Source: Candidatus Micrarchaeota archaeon (GTDB lineage: Archaea > B1Sed10-29 > JAJRYS01). From it: DNA of 64,000 nt. Below are positions 10,396 through 20,014 of the stretch, piece after piece (the stretch's first letter is position 1; every line of letters starts with the position of its first letter). A program made the translations under genes and the position numbers. The notes beneath the pieces are model-generated. The model was given only the letters and a program-made list of their open reading frames with translations. It searched no databases and was not told where the DNA came from. The DNA lies in assembly GCA_964643685.1 (NCBI GenBank), contig CAZXTN010000001.1, positions 34,967 through 98,966 on the forward strand, given 5' to 3'.

Positions 10396-11628
10396 TTACT
10401 TCTCATCAGCCCATCTTATAAACTTCTTCCTTTTTTCAAGGACATCAAAAATTTTAGAAGCTGAATCCCCCTCTCCATAAAGAGAAGGAAATTTCTTCAC
10501 AGCAAGCGCTTTTTCAACAACTTTTTTTATATTCAAACTTTCATCAGGCTCAGCTAAAAAATTAATGCCAGCTTCAACTGTTTCAGGCCTGTCAGTCACA
10601 AACCTTAAAGTAATGCAAGGCTTTTTCAAAGCAGCCATCTCCTCCTGCATGCTGCCAGAATCAGTTACTATAAACTCAGAGTTATTCATCAGCCAAACAA
10701 TATCAGTATAATTAGGAATCTCCTCCACAGTCAAAATATTAGGATGACTAACGCTTATGCCATACTTCTCAAAATAAGTTTTAGTGCCTGTCCTAACAGA
10801 CCAAATAACCTGATAACCCATATCAGCTAAATCATAAGCAGCTTTCACAATCGCCTTGAATCTTTTTTCATGAATCAAATTTTCCCTCCTATGAGCTGAA
10901 AAATAAACCCATTTCTTGCTAGGATCAGCACCTAAATCTAAAAAAAACTGCTTATTCCCTTTATCCTTAGCCCATAAAACAGCATCAACAACAGAATTTC
11001 CAACAACAAAAATATCTCTCTCATCAAAACCTTCATTTTTCAAAAACCCTGCATTTTTTTCAGTCGCAGCAAACTTCAAATCAGCGCAAGCATCAGCAAT
11101 CCTAGTATTAGTCTGCTCTGGAAAAGGCTCCCTTGTTCCAGTCCTCAGCCCAGCTTCAATATGCCCGACTGGAATCAAATTCAAATGAGCAGCAAGAGAG
11201 CCAGCCATACAAGTCAAAGTATCACCATGAGTCAAGATAATATCAACATCCTTCAAATGATTCAAAAACAAGTCATTCAATCCAGAAATGATTTCAACAG
11301 CAGTCTTAGAAGCGTTAGGTCTGCTGCTTAAAATTTTAGAACCTGCTTTTTTAACCTTCTCGCTTAAACTTGTCCCATGCTTTAAGTCATACAAATAAAC
11401 TTTTTTTGAAACAATACGCGCCAATTTCTTAGCAACGCCGTCATTCAAAATGAAATGAGGAGGATAAGGCAAATCCAAATCCCTATAAACAGATTCAAAC
11501 AAGTCAAAAGGATAATGCTGGTTGCTGTGAACAAGAATAACTTCATGCCTCCTCTTTTTACCTTCCCAATACAAAGGAGCCATTTTAATAATATCAGGAC
11601 GGGTGCCAGTCAACAAAACAATCTTCAT
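10396..11628 (-). CDS. wecB: UDP-N-acetylglucosamine 2-epimerase (non-hydrolysing)
   Basis: 'MKIVLLTGTRPDIIKMAPL', 'ILTHGDTLT' and 'GHIEAGLRTG' match WecB/MnaA signature regions. Confidence 0.85.
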   Translation of the reverse strand: MKIVLLTGTRPDIIKMAPLYWEGKKRRHEVILVHSNQHYPFDLFESVYRDLDLPYPPHFILNDGVAKKLARIVSKKVYLYDLKHGTSLSEKVKKAGSKILSSRPNASKTAVEIISGLNDLFLNHLKDVDIILTHGDTLTCMAGSLAAHLNLIPVGHIEAGLRTGTREPFPEQTNTRIADACADLKFAATEKNAGFLKNEGFDERDIFVVGNSVVDAVLWAKDKGNKQFFLDLGADPSKKWVYFSAHRRENLIHEKRFKAIVKAAYDLADMGYQVIWSVRTGTKTYFEKYGISVSHPNILTVEEIPNYTDIVWLMNNSEFIVTDSGSMQEEMAALKKPCITLRFVTDRPETVEAGINFLAEPDESLNIKKVVEKALAVKKFPSLYGEGDSASKIFDVLEKRKKFIRWADEK

Positions 11629-11712
11629 AAAAAACCAATAAAGAATAAAAACAAAGGAGTATATATGATTTACTAATCTAAAAATTAAACAAAAACAGAG
11701 GCAAGATAAAAA

Positions 11713-13695
11713 ATGAAAAAACTAAAAGCACTACTATTCGACATAGACGGCACGCTGATTTCACTTGAACCTGCAATAAAATCAATACAAGACACCTGCA
11801 GAGAACTCGGCTACAGGGTGCTGACAGAAGAGGAAATCAAAAAAAACATAATCAGCAAGCCATTAGCACAGCAAATTAAAAAAATTTTCAACATCACAGA
11901 AGAAAAAGCAGAGGAATTTTACCAAAAACAGCATGAAAACATGAACAAAAACTACCCACCAATTTTAATCAAAAACTCCAAAGAAACTATTTCTTATTTT
12001 AAAAAACAAGGATACAAGATAGGGCTCGTGACAACTAAAAGAAAAAAATCAGCTTTGACTGCTCTTGAAAAAACAGGATTGGAATACGATGCACTTGTAA
12101 CTTCAGAAGACTGCGAGGAAAAAAAACCCTCAGCAGAGCCAATAATCAAAGCATGCAACTTGCTCGGAACAAAGCCAGAAGAAGTAATAATGATAGGAGA
12201 CCATGATTACGACGTAGAAGCTGGAAAAAAAGCAGGGTGCTTGACAATAGCAGTTACAACAGGAATCAAAACAGAAAAAGAACTAAGCAAACTACAGCCA
12301 GATTACTTGATTGAAAACCTTGAAGAACTGAAAAGCATAATCGGAAAAAAAAGTTATGATGAAAAGATATTCAGAGCATATGACATAAGAGGAAAATACC
12401 CTGAAGAATTTGACAGCGACTTTGCAGAAAAACTCGGAAAAATTTACGCTTCATACATGAAAGCAGAGGAAGTGATAGTAGGAAAAGACGTCAGAAAATC
12501 ATCTGAAGAACTATTCAAAAAACTAGCGCAAGGAATCACAGAAGTAGGCGCAAATGTCCTGGATATAGGGACAGTGCCGAGCCCAGTGCTTTACTTCACA
12601 GTAAGAACTCAAAATAAAAAAGCAGGAGTAATGATAACAGCTTCGCACAATCCACCTGAATACAACGGATTCAAGTTAAGCAATGGAAAATACGCCCTTA
12701 CGTCAGAAAAAATACTTGAATTAAAAAAAGAAATGGAAAAAAACAACTACGTCAAAGCAAATCAAAAAGGAAAAGTAATAAAAAAAGATGCAGTTGAAGG
12801 GTATAAAAAGTTCATGCTTGAAAACATAAAATTTGAAAAGCCCTTGAAAGTAGTTATTGACTCAGCAAATGGCACATGCGGAGCAATAGCTCCTGAAATA
12901 TTCAGAAAAAAAGGATGCCAAGTAATAGAGTTATATTCAGAGCCAAATGGCAGTTTCCCAAACCACGCGCCTGACCCGCAGCCATTTGAAAACAGGAAAA
13001 AATTAATTGAAAGAGTAATTGAAACAAAAGCAGACTTGGGAATAGCTTATGACGGAGACGGAGACAGAGTAGCTTTCGTAGACGAGCAGGGAAAACCATT
13101 AACAGGAGACGAAGCATTCGTAGTATTCATAAGAAGCATTTTAGAAAAAAAGAAAGGAAAAATAGTGTATGAAGGAAAAACATCAAAAGCAGTTATTGAT
13201 GTCATAAAAAAAGAAGGGGGAGAGCCTGTTTTGACAAGAACAGGAAACCCTTCAGTAAGGCAAGCAGTGCTGGATTCAAACGCCTTGCTTGGAGGAGAAA
13301 TAGGAGGGCATTTTTATTTCAATGACAAATACTTTGGCTACGATGACGGCATATACTCCTCACTGAGAATGGCTGAAATAATTTCAAAAGGAAAAAAGCT
13401 GTCAGAACTAACTCAAAACATTCCAAAATATTACACGACACCTGAAATAAGAATAAAATGCAACAAGGAAAAACAAGAAGAAGTTCTTAATGCAGTGAAA
13501 GAAAAGTATTCAAAAGAGAAAATGAACTTGCTTGACGGAGTAAGAGTAGAGTTTGAAAAAGAGTGGTTTTTAATAAGAAAATCAAACACAGAAAAAGCAT
13601 TGACGCTGAGAATAGAAGCGGAAACAAGAGAAGGAAAAGAAGCTTTAGAAAAGGAATTAGCAGAGCTTCTGAAAAAAGAAGGCTTAAGCATATGA
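11713..13695 (+). CDS. Bifunctional fusion: HAD-superfamily phosphatase (N-terminal) :: phosphomannomutase/phosphoglucomutase (C-terminal)
   Basis: HAD motif I 'LLFDIDGTLI' and motif III 'IMIGDHDYDVEAGKKAG'. PMM/PGM N-terminal 'RAYDIRGKYP', active-site 'TASHNPPEYNGFK', metal loop 'GIAYDGDGDRVAFVD' and sugar loop 'GGEIGGHFYF'. Confidence 0.8.
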   Translation: MKKLKALLFDIDGTLISLEPAIKSIQDTCRELGYRVLTEEEIKKNIISKPLAQQIKKIFNITEEKAEEFYQKQHENMNKNYPPILIKNSKETISYFKKQGYKIGLVTTKRKKSALTALEKTGLEYDALVTSEDCEEKKPSAEPIIKACNLLGTKPEEVIMIGDHDYDVEAGKKAGCLTIAVTTGIKTEKELSKLQPDYLIENLEELKSIIGKKSYDEKIFRAYDIRGKYPEEFDSDFAEKLGKIYASYMKAEEVIVGKDVRKSSEELFKKLAQGITEVGANVLDIGTVPSPVLYFTVRTQNKKAGVMITASHNPPEYNGFKLSNGKYALTSEKILELKKEMEKNNYVKANQKGKVIKKDAVEGYKKFMLENIKFEKPLKVVIDSANGTCGAIAPEIFRKKGCQVIELYSEPNGSFPNHAPDPQPFENRKKLIERVIETKADLGIAYDGDGDRVAFVDEQGKPLTGDEAFVVFIRSILEKKKGKIVYEGKTSKAVIDVIKKEGGEPVLTRTGNPSVRQAVLDSNALLGGEIGGHFYFNDKYFGYDDGIYSSLRMAEIISKGKKLSELTQNIPKYYTTPEIRIKCNKEKQEEVLNAVKEKYSKEKMNLLDGVRVEFEKEWFLIRKSNTEKALTLRIEAETREGKEALEKELAELLKKEGLSI

Positions 13696-14708
13696 TAATA
13701 GGAGCAGGGATTGTCGGCACTTACTTAGGTAAGATTCTCGGAAGCCAAGAAATATGGGAAGCGAAGGAAAAGCATTTTGAAAAAGCATGCGGCGGCTTGT
13801 TTTCAAAAAACATTAAAAAACTTGACGTGGATTTAAACGAAAGTTTGTTAAATGAAGTTAAAGGAGCAAAATTTTATTCAAACAAGGAAGAATTTGAAGT
13901 GAAGACAAATAAGACGCAGGCATTTGTAGTTGACAGGTACAAGTTCGAAGAAGGATTAATACAAGATGCTGTCAGCGCAGGAAGCAAAATAAGATATGGA
14001 AAAAGATGGAAAGGAGAAGACGACGAGTTCATAATAGGCGCTGACGGAGCCTTGTCCTCAGTAGCCAAATCAATGAACATCAAAAGAAATTACCTTTACA
14101 CTTACCAAGAAATAGTGGAATTAAATGAAAAAAAAGACCCTGACTTTGTCGAGCTTCATTTCAACGACAAATACGCGCCTGGATTCTTTGCCTGGTGGAT
14201 TCCCTTCAATGAAAAAAAAGGAAGACTGGGGCTCGGTACTACAACAGGAAACCCAGGAGAGGTGTACAAATTATTTTCAGAAAAGTTCAGCATCAAAAAA
14301 GTTGAGAAGAAACAAAGTGCATTAATTCCAATTTTCGACGGCAAAAAAACAGTGCAGGAAAACAAGGCCCTTGTAGGCGACGCTGCTGCCCAGGTGAAAG
14401 CAAGCACAGGAGGAGGAGTAGTGTTTGGATTGAAAGCAGCTGAACTGCTGAAAAAAGCAATTGACAGAAACAACTTGGACTACTATGAAAAAAAATGGAG
14501 AGAAGAATTGTTCAAAGATTTGAAAATGCATAAATTCATTTGGAAATATTACAAGAGAGTAAACAAGGACAAATTATTCGCATTGCTTAATGAAAAAAAA
14601 GTAAACAAGCTGGTTTCTGAATACGGGGACATGGAAGACACTTCGTTCATAAAAAACAAGCTAATGAAAAACCCATCCCTGATAATAAGGCTCGGGCTTC
14701 TTATTTAA
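13692..14708 (+). CDS. Geranylgeranyl reductase family FAD-dependent oxidoreductase
   Basis: Start chosen at ATG 13692, which overlaps the upstream stop (ATATGA). 'MIIGAGIVGTYLG' is the FAD GxGxxG. 'LVGDAAAQVKASTGGGVVFGLKAA' is typical of GGR-type reductases. Confidence 0.7.
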   Translation: MIIGAGIVGTYLGKILGSQEIWEAKEKHFEKACGGLFSKNIKKLDVDLNESLLNEVKGAKFYSNKEEFEVKTNKTQAFVVDRYKFEEGLIQDAVSAGSKIRYGKRWKGEDDEFIIGADGALSSVAKSMNIKRNYLYTYQEIVELNEKKDPDFVELHFNDKYAPGFFAWWIPFNEKKGRLGLGTTTGNPGEVYKLFSEKFSIKKVEKKQSALIPIFDGKKTVQENKALVGDAAAQVKASTGGGVVFGLKAAELLKKAIDRNNLDYYEKKWREELFKDLKMHKFIWKYYKRVNKDKLFALLNEKKVNKLVSEYGDMEDTSFIKNKLMKNPSLIIRLGLLI

Positions 14709-14714
14709 AAAAAA

Positions 14715-15314
14715 TTAAAGAATCCCCTCTTCTTTTAAAATTTCCAGGACACGTTCAAAAACATAATCAATCGAGCCATTAGCATTAACTTTTTTCCACC
14801 CTAACTTTTCACCTAATTCCAAATGAACTTGCCTGCATTTATTCATAAGCTCGTCATTTGATTCATGCAAATGATTCGCTTCCTTTGCTTGCATGAACCT
14901 CTCGCCGTCAAACAAAATAGCAACATCCTCTTTCAGCAAAGGCTTGTTCAAGTTAATAAGCCACTCTTCATCAGCTCCCTTCGCAGTGCCCCAAGCAACT
15001 CCAGTGCCAGAATAATCCTCAGCAACTACAAAAACACCTTGCTCCAGCTTGTTTTTCAAAACCGGCTCATACTGGAACCTGTTAAGCACATACCACAACT
15101 GCAACTCTTCTTCAGCAATCTCCTGCTTCTCACTTCCCCTCAAAACTTTGTTAATAAAAGGACCTGTTGGCTCCAAGTCATAAACAGGATACTTCAAATA
15201 CTCTGCTTCCAAACTCCTCTCGTTCAAGTAAGAAACAAGCTTTTTTGCCTGAGTTGTCTTGCCAAGATTATTAATGCCATAAAAAACAATGAACTTTCCT
15301 TTCATAAAAAACAC
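14715..15314 (-). CDS. tmk: Thymidylate (dTMP) kinase
   Basis: P-loop 'GKFIVFYGINNLGKTTQAKKL' (cf. FIVFEGIDGSGKTTQ) and DRY-region-like 'VFVVAEDYSGTGVAWGTAKG'. Confidence 0.6.
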   Translation of the reverse strand: MFFMKGKFIVFYGINNLGKTTQAKKLVSYLNERSLEAEYLKYPVYDLEPTGPFINKVLRGSEKQEIAEEELQLWYVLNRFQYEPVLKNKLEQGVFVVAEDYSGTGVAWGTAKGADEEWLINLNKPLLKEDVAILFDGERFMQAKEANHLHESNDELMNKCRQVHLELGEKLGWKKVNANGSIDYVFERVLEILKEEGIL

Positions 15315-15320
15315 CTTGGA

Positions 15321-15986
15321 TTATTTTCCAAAGTTTCTTTTAGTTGCTTTTAAAAATTCAAATGCTCTGTTGAATTCTTTTTTAGTCAGCTCAGGCCAAA
15401 GTTGTTTAGTGAAAAACAATTCAGCATAAGCACTCTGCCATAACAAGTAGCCGCTGAGACGCTGCACTCCTGAAGTTCTGATAATCAAGTCAACATCCCC
15501 TGGAATCATCAGGTTTTTTTCAACATCCTTTTCAGTTATTTTTTTCTTGCCTGCTAACTTGTTAAAAGCATTTAACAGCTCGTATTTTCCGCCATAAGCA
15601 AGAGCAATATTCAAATTGAACTTCCTGTGGCTCCTTGTTTTTTCATAAATTCCAGAAACAAGAGGCTCAAGTGTTTTCAGGAAATTAGGCTCACCAACTA
15701 CCCTTACCTTGACTTCATTAGAGTAAAGCTTTTCAGAATTCAAAAGCTCATTCAGCTTCTGCTTAAACATCTTGTTAAGAAGCTTCAACTGCTTCTTGTT
15801 TCTCCTGAAATTTTCAGTGCTCAAACCCCATAAAGTAACTTCTTCAACATCTCCTCTTTCAAGGCACCAGTCAAGAACCTGCTCTGCTTTTTTGAATCCA
15901 AGCTCATAAGCCTCTTTTAAAGAAATTTCTTTTTTCCTGGCATATCTCCTGTTGCCATCTGGAATAACTGCAATTTTATAACCCAT
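15321..15986 (-). CDS. uppS: cis-Prenyltransferase (undecaprenyl/di-trans,poly-cis-polyprenyl diphosphate synthase)
   Basis: 'KIAVIPDGNRRYARKK' (cf. HVAIIMDGNGRWAKK) and C-terminal 'RLSGYLLWQSAYAELFF' plus 'RNFGK'. The ORF extends to 16022, but the internal Met 'MGYKIAV' is the likely start. Confidence 0.85.
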   Translation of the reverse strand: MGYKIAVIPDGNRRYARKKEISLKEAYELGFKKAEQVLDWCLERGDVEEVTLWGLSTENFRRNKKQLKLLNKMFKQKLNELLNSEKLYSNEVKVRVVGEPNFLKTLEPLVSGIYEKTRSHRKFNLNIALAYGGKYELLNAFNKLAGKKKITEKDVEKNLMIPGDVDLIIRTSGVQRLSGYLLWQSAYAELFFTKQLWPELTKKEFNRAFEFLKATKRNFGK

Positions 15987-16028
15987 AATCAAAACCTGTG
16001 AGAGTAAAAAGAATAAAAACAATTCAAC

Positions 16029-16048
16029 ATTATATATCTTTTATATAT
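16029..16048 (+). promoter_or_regulatory. Tandem TATA-box-like elements (attatatat / tttatatat) 22-41 nt upstream of the pilin ATG
   Basis: Two AT-rich TATA-like octamers in the 48-nt intergenic spacer, positioned as expected for an archaeal BRE/TATA promoter with a short or leaderless transcript. Confidence 0.4.
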
Positions 16049-16069
16049 CCAGAGTTCTTTTTAAACGAT

Positions 16070-16657
16070 ATGGAAAAAGGCATATCCCCCATAGTTTCAT
16101 ACGTAATGGTAATAGCAATAGTGCTTACAACAACAATGGCAGCTTACATGTGGGCCCTGCCATTATCAAAAGAAATGGGAGAAAAAGGGAGAGTAACAAA
16201 CCTACAGAGCCAAATGATAGGACTTGATTACATAATAAGAACAACAGCACACGGAGACATCAACTTCCAGAACAAATACGAAATGTACCTACCTGACTGC
16301 TTCCTTCTGCTTGATGAAGGCAACAACTCAATAAAACTAAGGCTAAGTCAAAAAACAGGAGTAATTGGGACAAACACCACAGAAGTTGAAATAAGAACAG
16401 ACTGCAACGAAACAAGCCAATGGCTCATAGACAATGAAACAGGAATCAAAATGTACAGGCTCGGGAACAACTCAAATATCTTCAGGGGAGCAGTAGGGCC
16501 AGCAGCAGGAGACGCTGAAATAGCAATATGCTACCATAACATAAACTTAAGATACAGCGGAGACTGCACCAAAGGAAAAGGAGGGCCATTTGCAACAATC
16601 ATAACAAAAAAAACAGGATACGACACAAAACCAATAGTAGAAGTATCAATATGCTAA
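16070..16657 (+). CDS. Archaeal type IV pilin with class III signal peptide (Pilin_N-type)
   Basis: N-terminus 'MEKG/ISPIVSYVMVIAIVLTTTMAAY' matches the archaeal pilin N-domain consensus (K/R-G, then xSPVI and a hydrophobic stretch). Start set at the internal Met of ORF 15998..16657. Confidence 0.65.
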   Translation: MEKGISPIVSYVMVIAIVLTTTMAAYMWALPLSKEMGEKGRVTNLQSQMIGLDYIIRTTAHGDINFQNKYEMYLPDCFLLLDEGNNSIKLRLSQKTGVIGTNTTEVEIRTDCNETSQWLIDNETGIKMYRLGNNSNIFRGAVGPAAGDAEIAICYHNINLRYSGDCTKGKGGPFATIITKKTGYDTKPIVEVSIC

Positions 16658-16670
16658 AAGTGATTAAAAA

Positions 16671-17120
16671 ATGGGAACAGTAACAATAAGCTTTGTAATA
16701 AAAATAACAATACTGCTAGTTGCATTCGTAACAATATACTACTCAATATACGGCTATGTGAACACTGCAAAACAAGAATCATACTACCTGCAAATGAAAC
16801 AAGTAGGAGAATATGTTCAAGCAAAAGCAGAATACGGCTTGGAGAACACAAAATCGTACGGCAAAAACATGACGCAGAAACTTGACTTGCCTCAACTTGA
16901 CTTCATATACACAGTGAAAATAAGCTGCGGAGATAAGCTGAAAATAAGAACAAGTGCAGAAACAGCAACAAGCAGGTATTATGAAACAAACGATTACTTC
17001 AACTGCAGCAACATAAATGCTTCAGGAGAGATATACTCAGGAAAAAAATGCATGATAACAGAAAAAGTAAACGAGACATACATGAACATAAAACTGGTGA
17101 ATGACTGTGGCTTGGAATAA
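16671..17120 (+). CDS. Small N-terminally membrane-anchored protein, possible minor pilin
   Basis: 'MGTVTISFVIKITILLVAFVTIYY' hydrophobic N-terminus. Sits between a pilin and a pilus ATPase. No sharp motif. Confidence 0.35.
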   Translation: MGTVTISFVIKITILLVAFVTIYYSIYGYVNTAKQESYYLQMKQVGEYVQAKAEYGLENTKSYGKNMTQKLDLPQLDFIYTVKISCGDKLKIRTSAETATSRYYETNDYFNCSNINASGEIYSGKKCMITEKVNETYMNIKLVNDCGLE

Positions 17121-19095
17121 AAAAATACTCAGAAAATTATTCAAAAACTCTGTGAAAAAAGTAAGAGAAAAAGGAGGAAAAACAGCTTTTGAGCAATGGA
17201 AAAAAGAAGAAGAGGAGATTGAAAAAGCAACACCAACATACAAAGTAAAAGAAGTAGTTCACGAAACACCAGTAATCACACCAGTTGTAAAAACAGAAGG
17301 AGAGATGCCAATAAAATTAATAACACAAGCCCCAAGCCAAACAACAGTAGTGGAAAAATCAGGCGTAAAAAGAGTCATACAAAAACAAGAAAGCCAAACA
17401 GAAGAAACAAGCAAAAGCACAACACAAGCACCAATAATCCTCAACTTTCCTGACATATCAGAAGCGCTAAGCAGAGAAAAGCAAGTCATTTCAATAAACG
17501 AAGCCAAATCAAAAGTAAGAGGAATCCCCCTCATAGCTCACAAAATGCCAAAAGAAGAAGTATCTAAAAAAATATCAAGCGACTGGGAACCACCTAACTT
17601 AAAAGAAATAGACGTAAGATACCCATTAATAGAACCATACGCCTACGCAGTAATCAAATGGAACAAAGAACTGCAAGCACTAAGCTACACAGTAATAGAA
17701 CCGCCTCTTACAAAAAAAGAAAAAGAAAAACTAGAAACATTAAAAGAACTCATAATAGACCTGCTTGACGTCAACTTAATGGACGTAAAAAATATAAGAG
17801 AAGTGCAAAAATACCTAAAAGAAAAACTAAACCAAATGATAGCAGACTACGAAATAAACTTAACAGAAACAGAATACAACAAAATACTCTACTACATCTA
17901 CAGAAACTTTCTAGGACTAGACAAAATAGAACCGTTAATGCAAGACCCAGGAATAGAAGACATTTCATGCGACGGAGAAAAAATACCAATATTCATATAC
18001 CACAGAAAATACGGTTCCTTGAAAACAAACATAGTTTTCGAAACACAAGAAGAACTAAACAAATTCATCTCAAAACTAGCGCAAAGAAGCGGAAAACACA
18101 TATCAGTAGCAGAACCACTACTAGACGGGGCTCTTCCAGACGGAAGCCGTCTTCAAGCAACATTCTCATCAGGAAAAGACATTGCAATGAGAGGCTCCAC
18201 CTTCACAATCAGAAAATTCACAAAAGACCCCCTCACAATAACAGACTTCATAAACTTCGGAACAATCCCTCCATTAATAGCAGCATACCTATGGCTCATA
18301 ATAGAATACCACAACTCAATACTAATAGCAGGAGGAACAGCAACAGGAAAAACAAGCACATTGAACGCATTAAGCTTATTCCTGCCACCTGAAGCAAAAA
18401 TAGTTTCAATAGAAGACACTCCTGAACTAAGACTACCTCACGAACACTGGATAGCAAAAGTATCAAGGATGGGATACGGCCCAGAAGGAGCAACAGGAAA
18501 AAGAAAAGGAGAAGTGTCAATGTTCGACTTGCTGAAAGCAGCTTTGAGGGAAAGACCAGATGAGATAATAGTCGGAGAAGTAAGGGGAGCAGAAGCATAC
18601 GTCTTGTTCCAAGGAATGGCAACAGGACACGCAGGACTCGCAACTATACACGCAGAATCAATAGAAGCAGTAATAAACCGTCTAACAACCCCTCCGATAA
18701 ATTTGTCAGCAGGACTACTTCAACACCTAGACGTAGTAATGATAATGGGATTCTCAAGAATAAAAGGAATAGACGTAAGAAGAGTAAAAGCAGTAGTGGA
18801 AGTAATAGGAGTAGATGAAAAAACAAACAAGCCAATAACAAACACCTTATTCAGATGGATACCAGCAGGGGACTACTTCGAATTCGCTTCAGACAGAAGC
18901 TACATACTAAACGAAATAATAGAAGAAAAAGGAATACCTGAAAAAAGCGTATGGGAAGAAATACAAAGAAGAGTAACAATCCTAGAATGGATGAAAAAAG
19001 AAAACATCAGGTACTACAAAGATGTTGGAAAAATAATAGCCCATTACTACAAAAACCCAGAAGAAGTAATCAAAAAAATAAACGAATCAAAATAA
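17101..19095 (+). CDS. Type IV pilus/archaellum-family secretion ATPase (FlaI/TadA/VirB11-like) with about 230-aa low-complexity N-terminal extension
   Basis: Walker A 'GGTATGKTSTLNAL', Walker B/Asp box 'IVSIEDTPEL', 'IIVGEVRGAEAYVLFQGMATGHAGLATIHA' (His box). Confidence 0.85.
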   Translation: MTVAWNKKILRKLFKNSVKKVREKGGKTAFEQWKKEEEEIEKATPTYKVKEVVHETPVITPVVKTEGEMPIKLITQAPSQTTVVEKSGVKRVIQKQESQTEETSKSTTQAPIILNFPDISEALSREKQVISINEAKSKVRGIPLIAHKMPKEEVSKKISSDWEPPNLKEIDVRYPLIEPYAYAVIKWNKELQALSYTVIEPPLTKKEKEKLETLKELIIDLLDVNLMDVKNIREVQKYLKEKLNQMIADYEINLTETEYNKILYYIYRNFLGLDKIEPLMQDPGIEDISCDGEKIPIFIYHRKYGSLKTNIVFETQEELNKFISKLAQRSGKHISVAEPLLDGALPDGSRLQATFSSGKDIAMRGSTFTIRKFTKDPLTITDFINFGTIPPLIAAYLWLIIEYHNSILIAGGTATGKTSTLNALSLFLPPEAKIVSIEDTPELRLPHEHWIAKVSRMGYGPEGATGKRKGEVSMFDLLKAALRERPDEIIVGEVRGAEAYVLFQGMATGHAGLATIHAESIEAVINRLTTPPINLSAGLLQHLDVVMIMGFSRIKGIDVRRVKAVVEVIGVDEKTNKPITNTLFRWIPAGDYFEFASDRSYILNEIIEEKGIPEKSVWEEIQRRVTILEWMKKENIRYYKDVGKIIAHYYKNPEEVIKKINESK

Positions 19096-19107
19096 AGGTA
19101 GGCAAAA

Positions 19108-20007
19108 ATGTTCGAATCAATAATATTTAAAAGAAGCTACAGGCTCCTAGCATACAAAATATTCCACAAGCTAGGAATAACAAAATACTTCAAGCCATTA
19201 TTCAAAGACACAAAACAAATGCTGCATAAAGCAGAACTATACATGCCAGTTGAAGAATACATAGCAACAGCCCTCCTCACAATAACCCTCTCCTTCCCAT
19301 TCATCTTCCTCATAAGCAGATTAATACTCATAAACATATACGAATTAATACCGCTGGCAGCAACAATAATCAGCTTTCTCATATCAACATTCACAGGCCT
19401 TGGAATCTTCCTCGCTTTCATGATCTACCCATCATACGAAGTAGACAACATAAAAAGAAACATAGAACTGAACATCCCATACGCAGCAACACACATGGCA
19501 ACAGTATCAGGAACAGGAGTGCCAATATACCTCGTATTCAAAATAATAGGAGACTTTCCAGAATACGGAGAACTTGCAAAACAATGCAGAAGAATAGCAA
19601 GAAACATAGAAGTATTCGGCTACGACACAGTAAGCGCCTTATCAGAAGTAGCAACAGAAACACCCTCTCCTTCATTCAAAGACTTACTATGGGGAATTGT
19701 TTCAATAACAAGAACAGGAGGAGACATGAGAGAATTTTTAATAGACAGGGCAAGAAAATACATGGACAACCAAAAAAACATGGAATCAGAATACCTCGAC
19801 TCACTTGAACTAATGGCAGAATTATACACAACACTATTCGTAGCAGGACCAGTGCTAGTAGTAATCATGGCAACAATAATGGGATCCATAGGCTCACTGC
19901 CAATAGGACTTGAAATCATCTTCCCATTATTCATTTACATAATGATGCCCCTCATGGCAATAGGATTCATGATACTAATAGAAAGCTCAAAACCAGTAGG
20001 AGCATGA
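19108..20007 (+). CDS. Pilus platform protein, single T2SSF domain (TadB-like / FlaJ N-half)
   Basis: TM helices flanking the cytoplasmic T2SSF-like segment 'MATVSGTGVPIYLVFKIIGDFPEYGELAKQCRRIARNIEVFGYDTVSALSEVA'. Confidence 0.65.
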   Translation: MFESIIFKRSYRLLAYKIFHKLGITKYFKPLFKDTKQMLHKAELYMPVEEYIATALLTITLSFPFIFLISRLILINIYELIPLAATIISFLISTFTGLGIFLAFMIYPSYEVDNIKRNIELNIPYAATHMATVSGTGVPIYLVFKIIGDFPEYGELAKQCRRIARNIEVFGYDTVSALSEVATETPSPSFKDLLWGIVSITRTGGDMREFLIDRARKYMDNQKNMESEYLDSLELMAELYTTLFVAGPVLVVIMATIMGSIGSLPIGLEIIFPLFIYIMMPLMAIGFMILIESSKPVGA

Positions 20008-20014
20008 TAAAAAA

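Noticed and set aside
13563-13691. Longer N-terminal extension of the GGR-family reductase (ORF start 13563)
   Set aside because: It would overlap 130 nt of the PMM gene in another frame and encodes an Arg/Lys-rich low-complexity peptide. The conserved FAD-binding N-terminus begins exactly at Met 13692.
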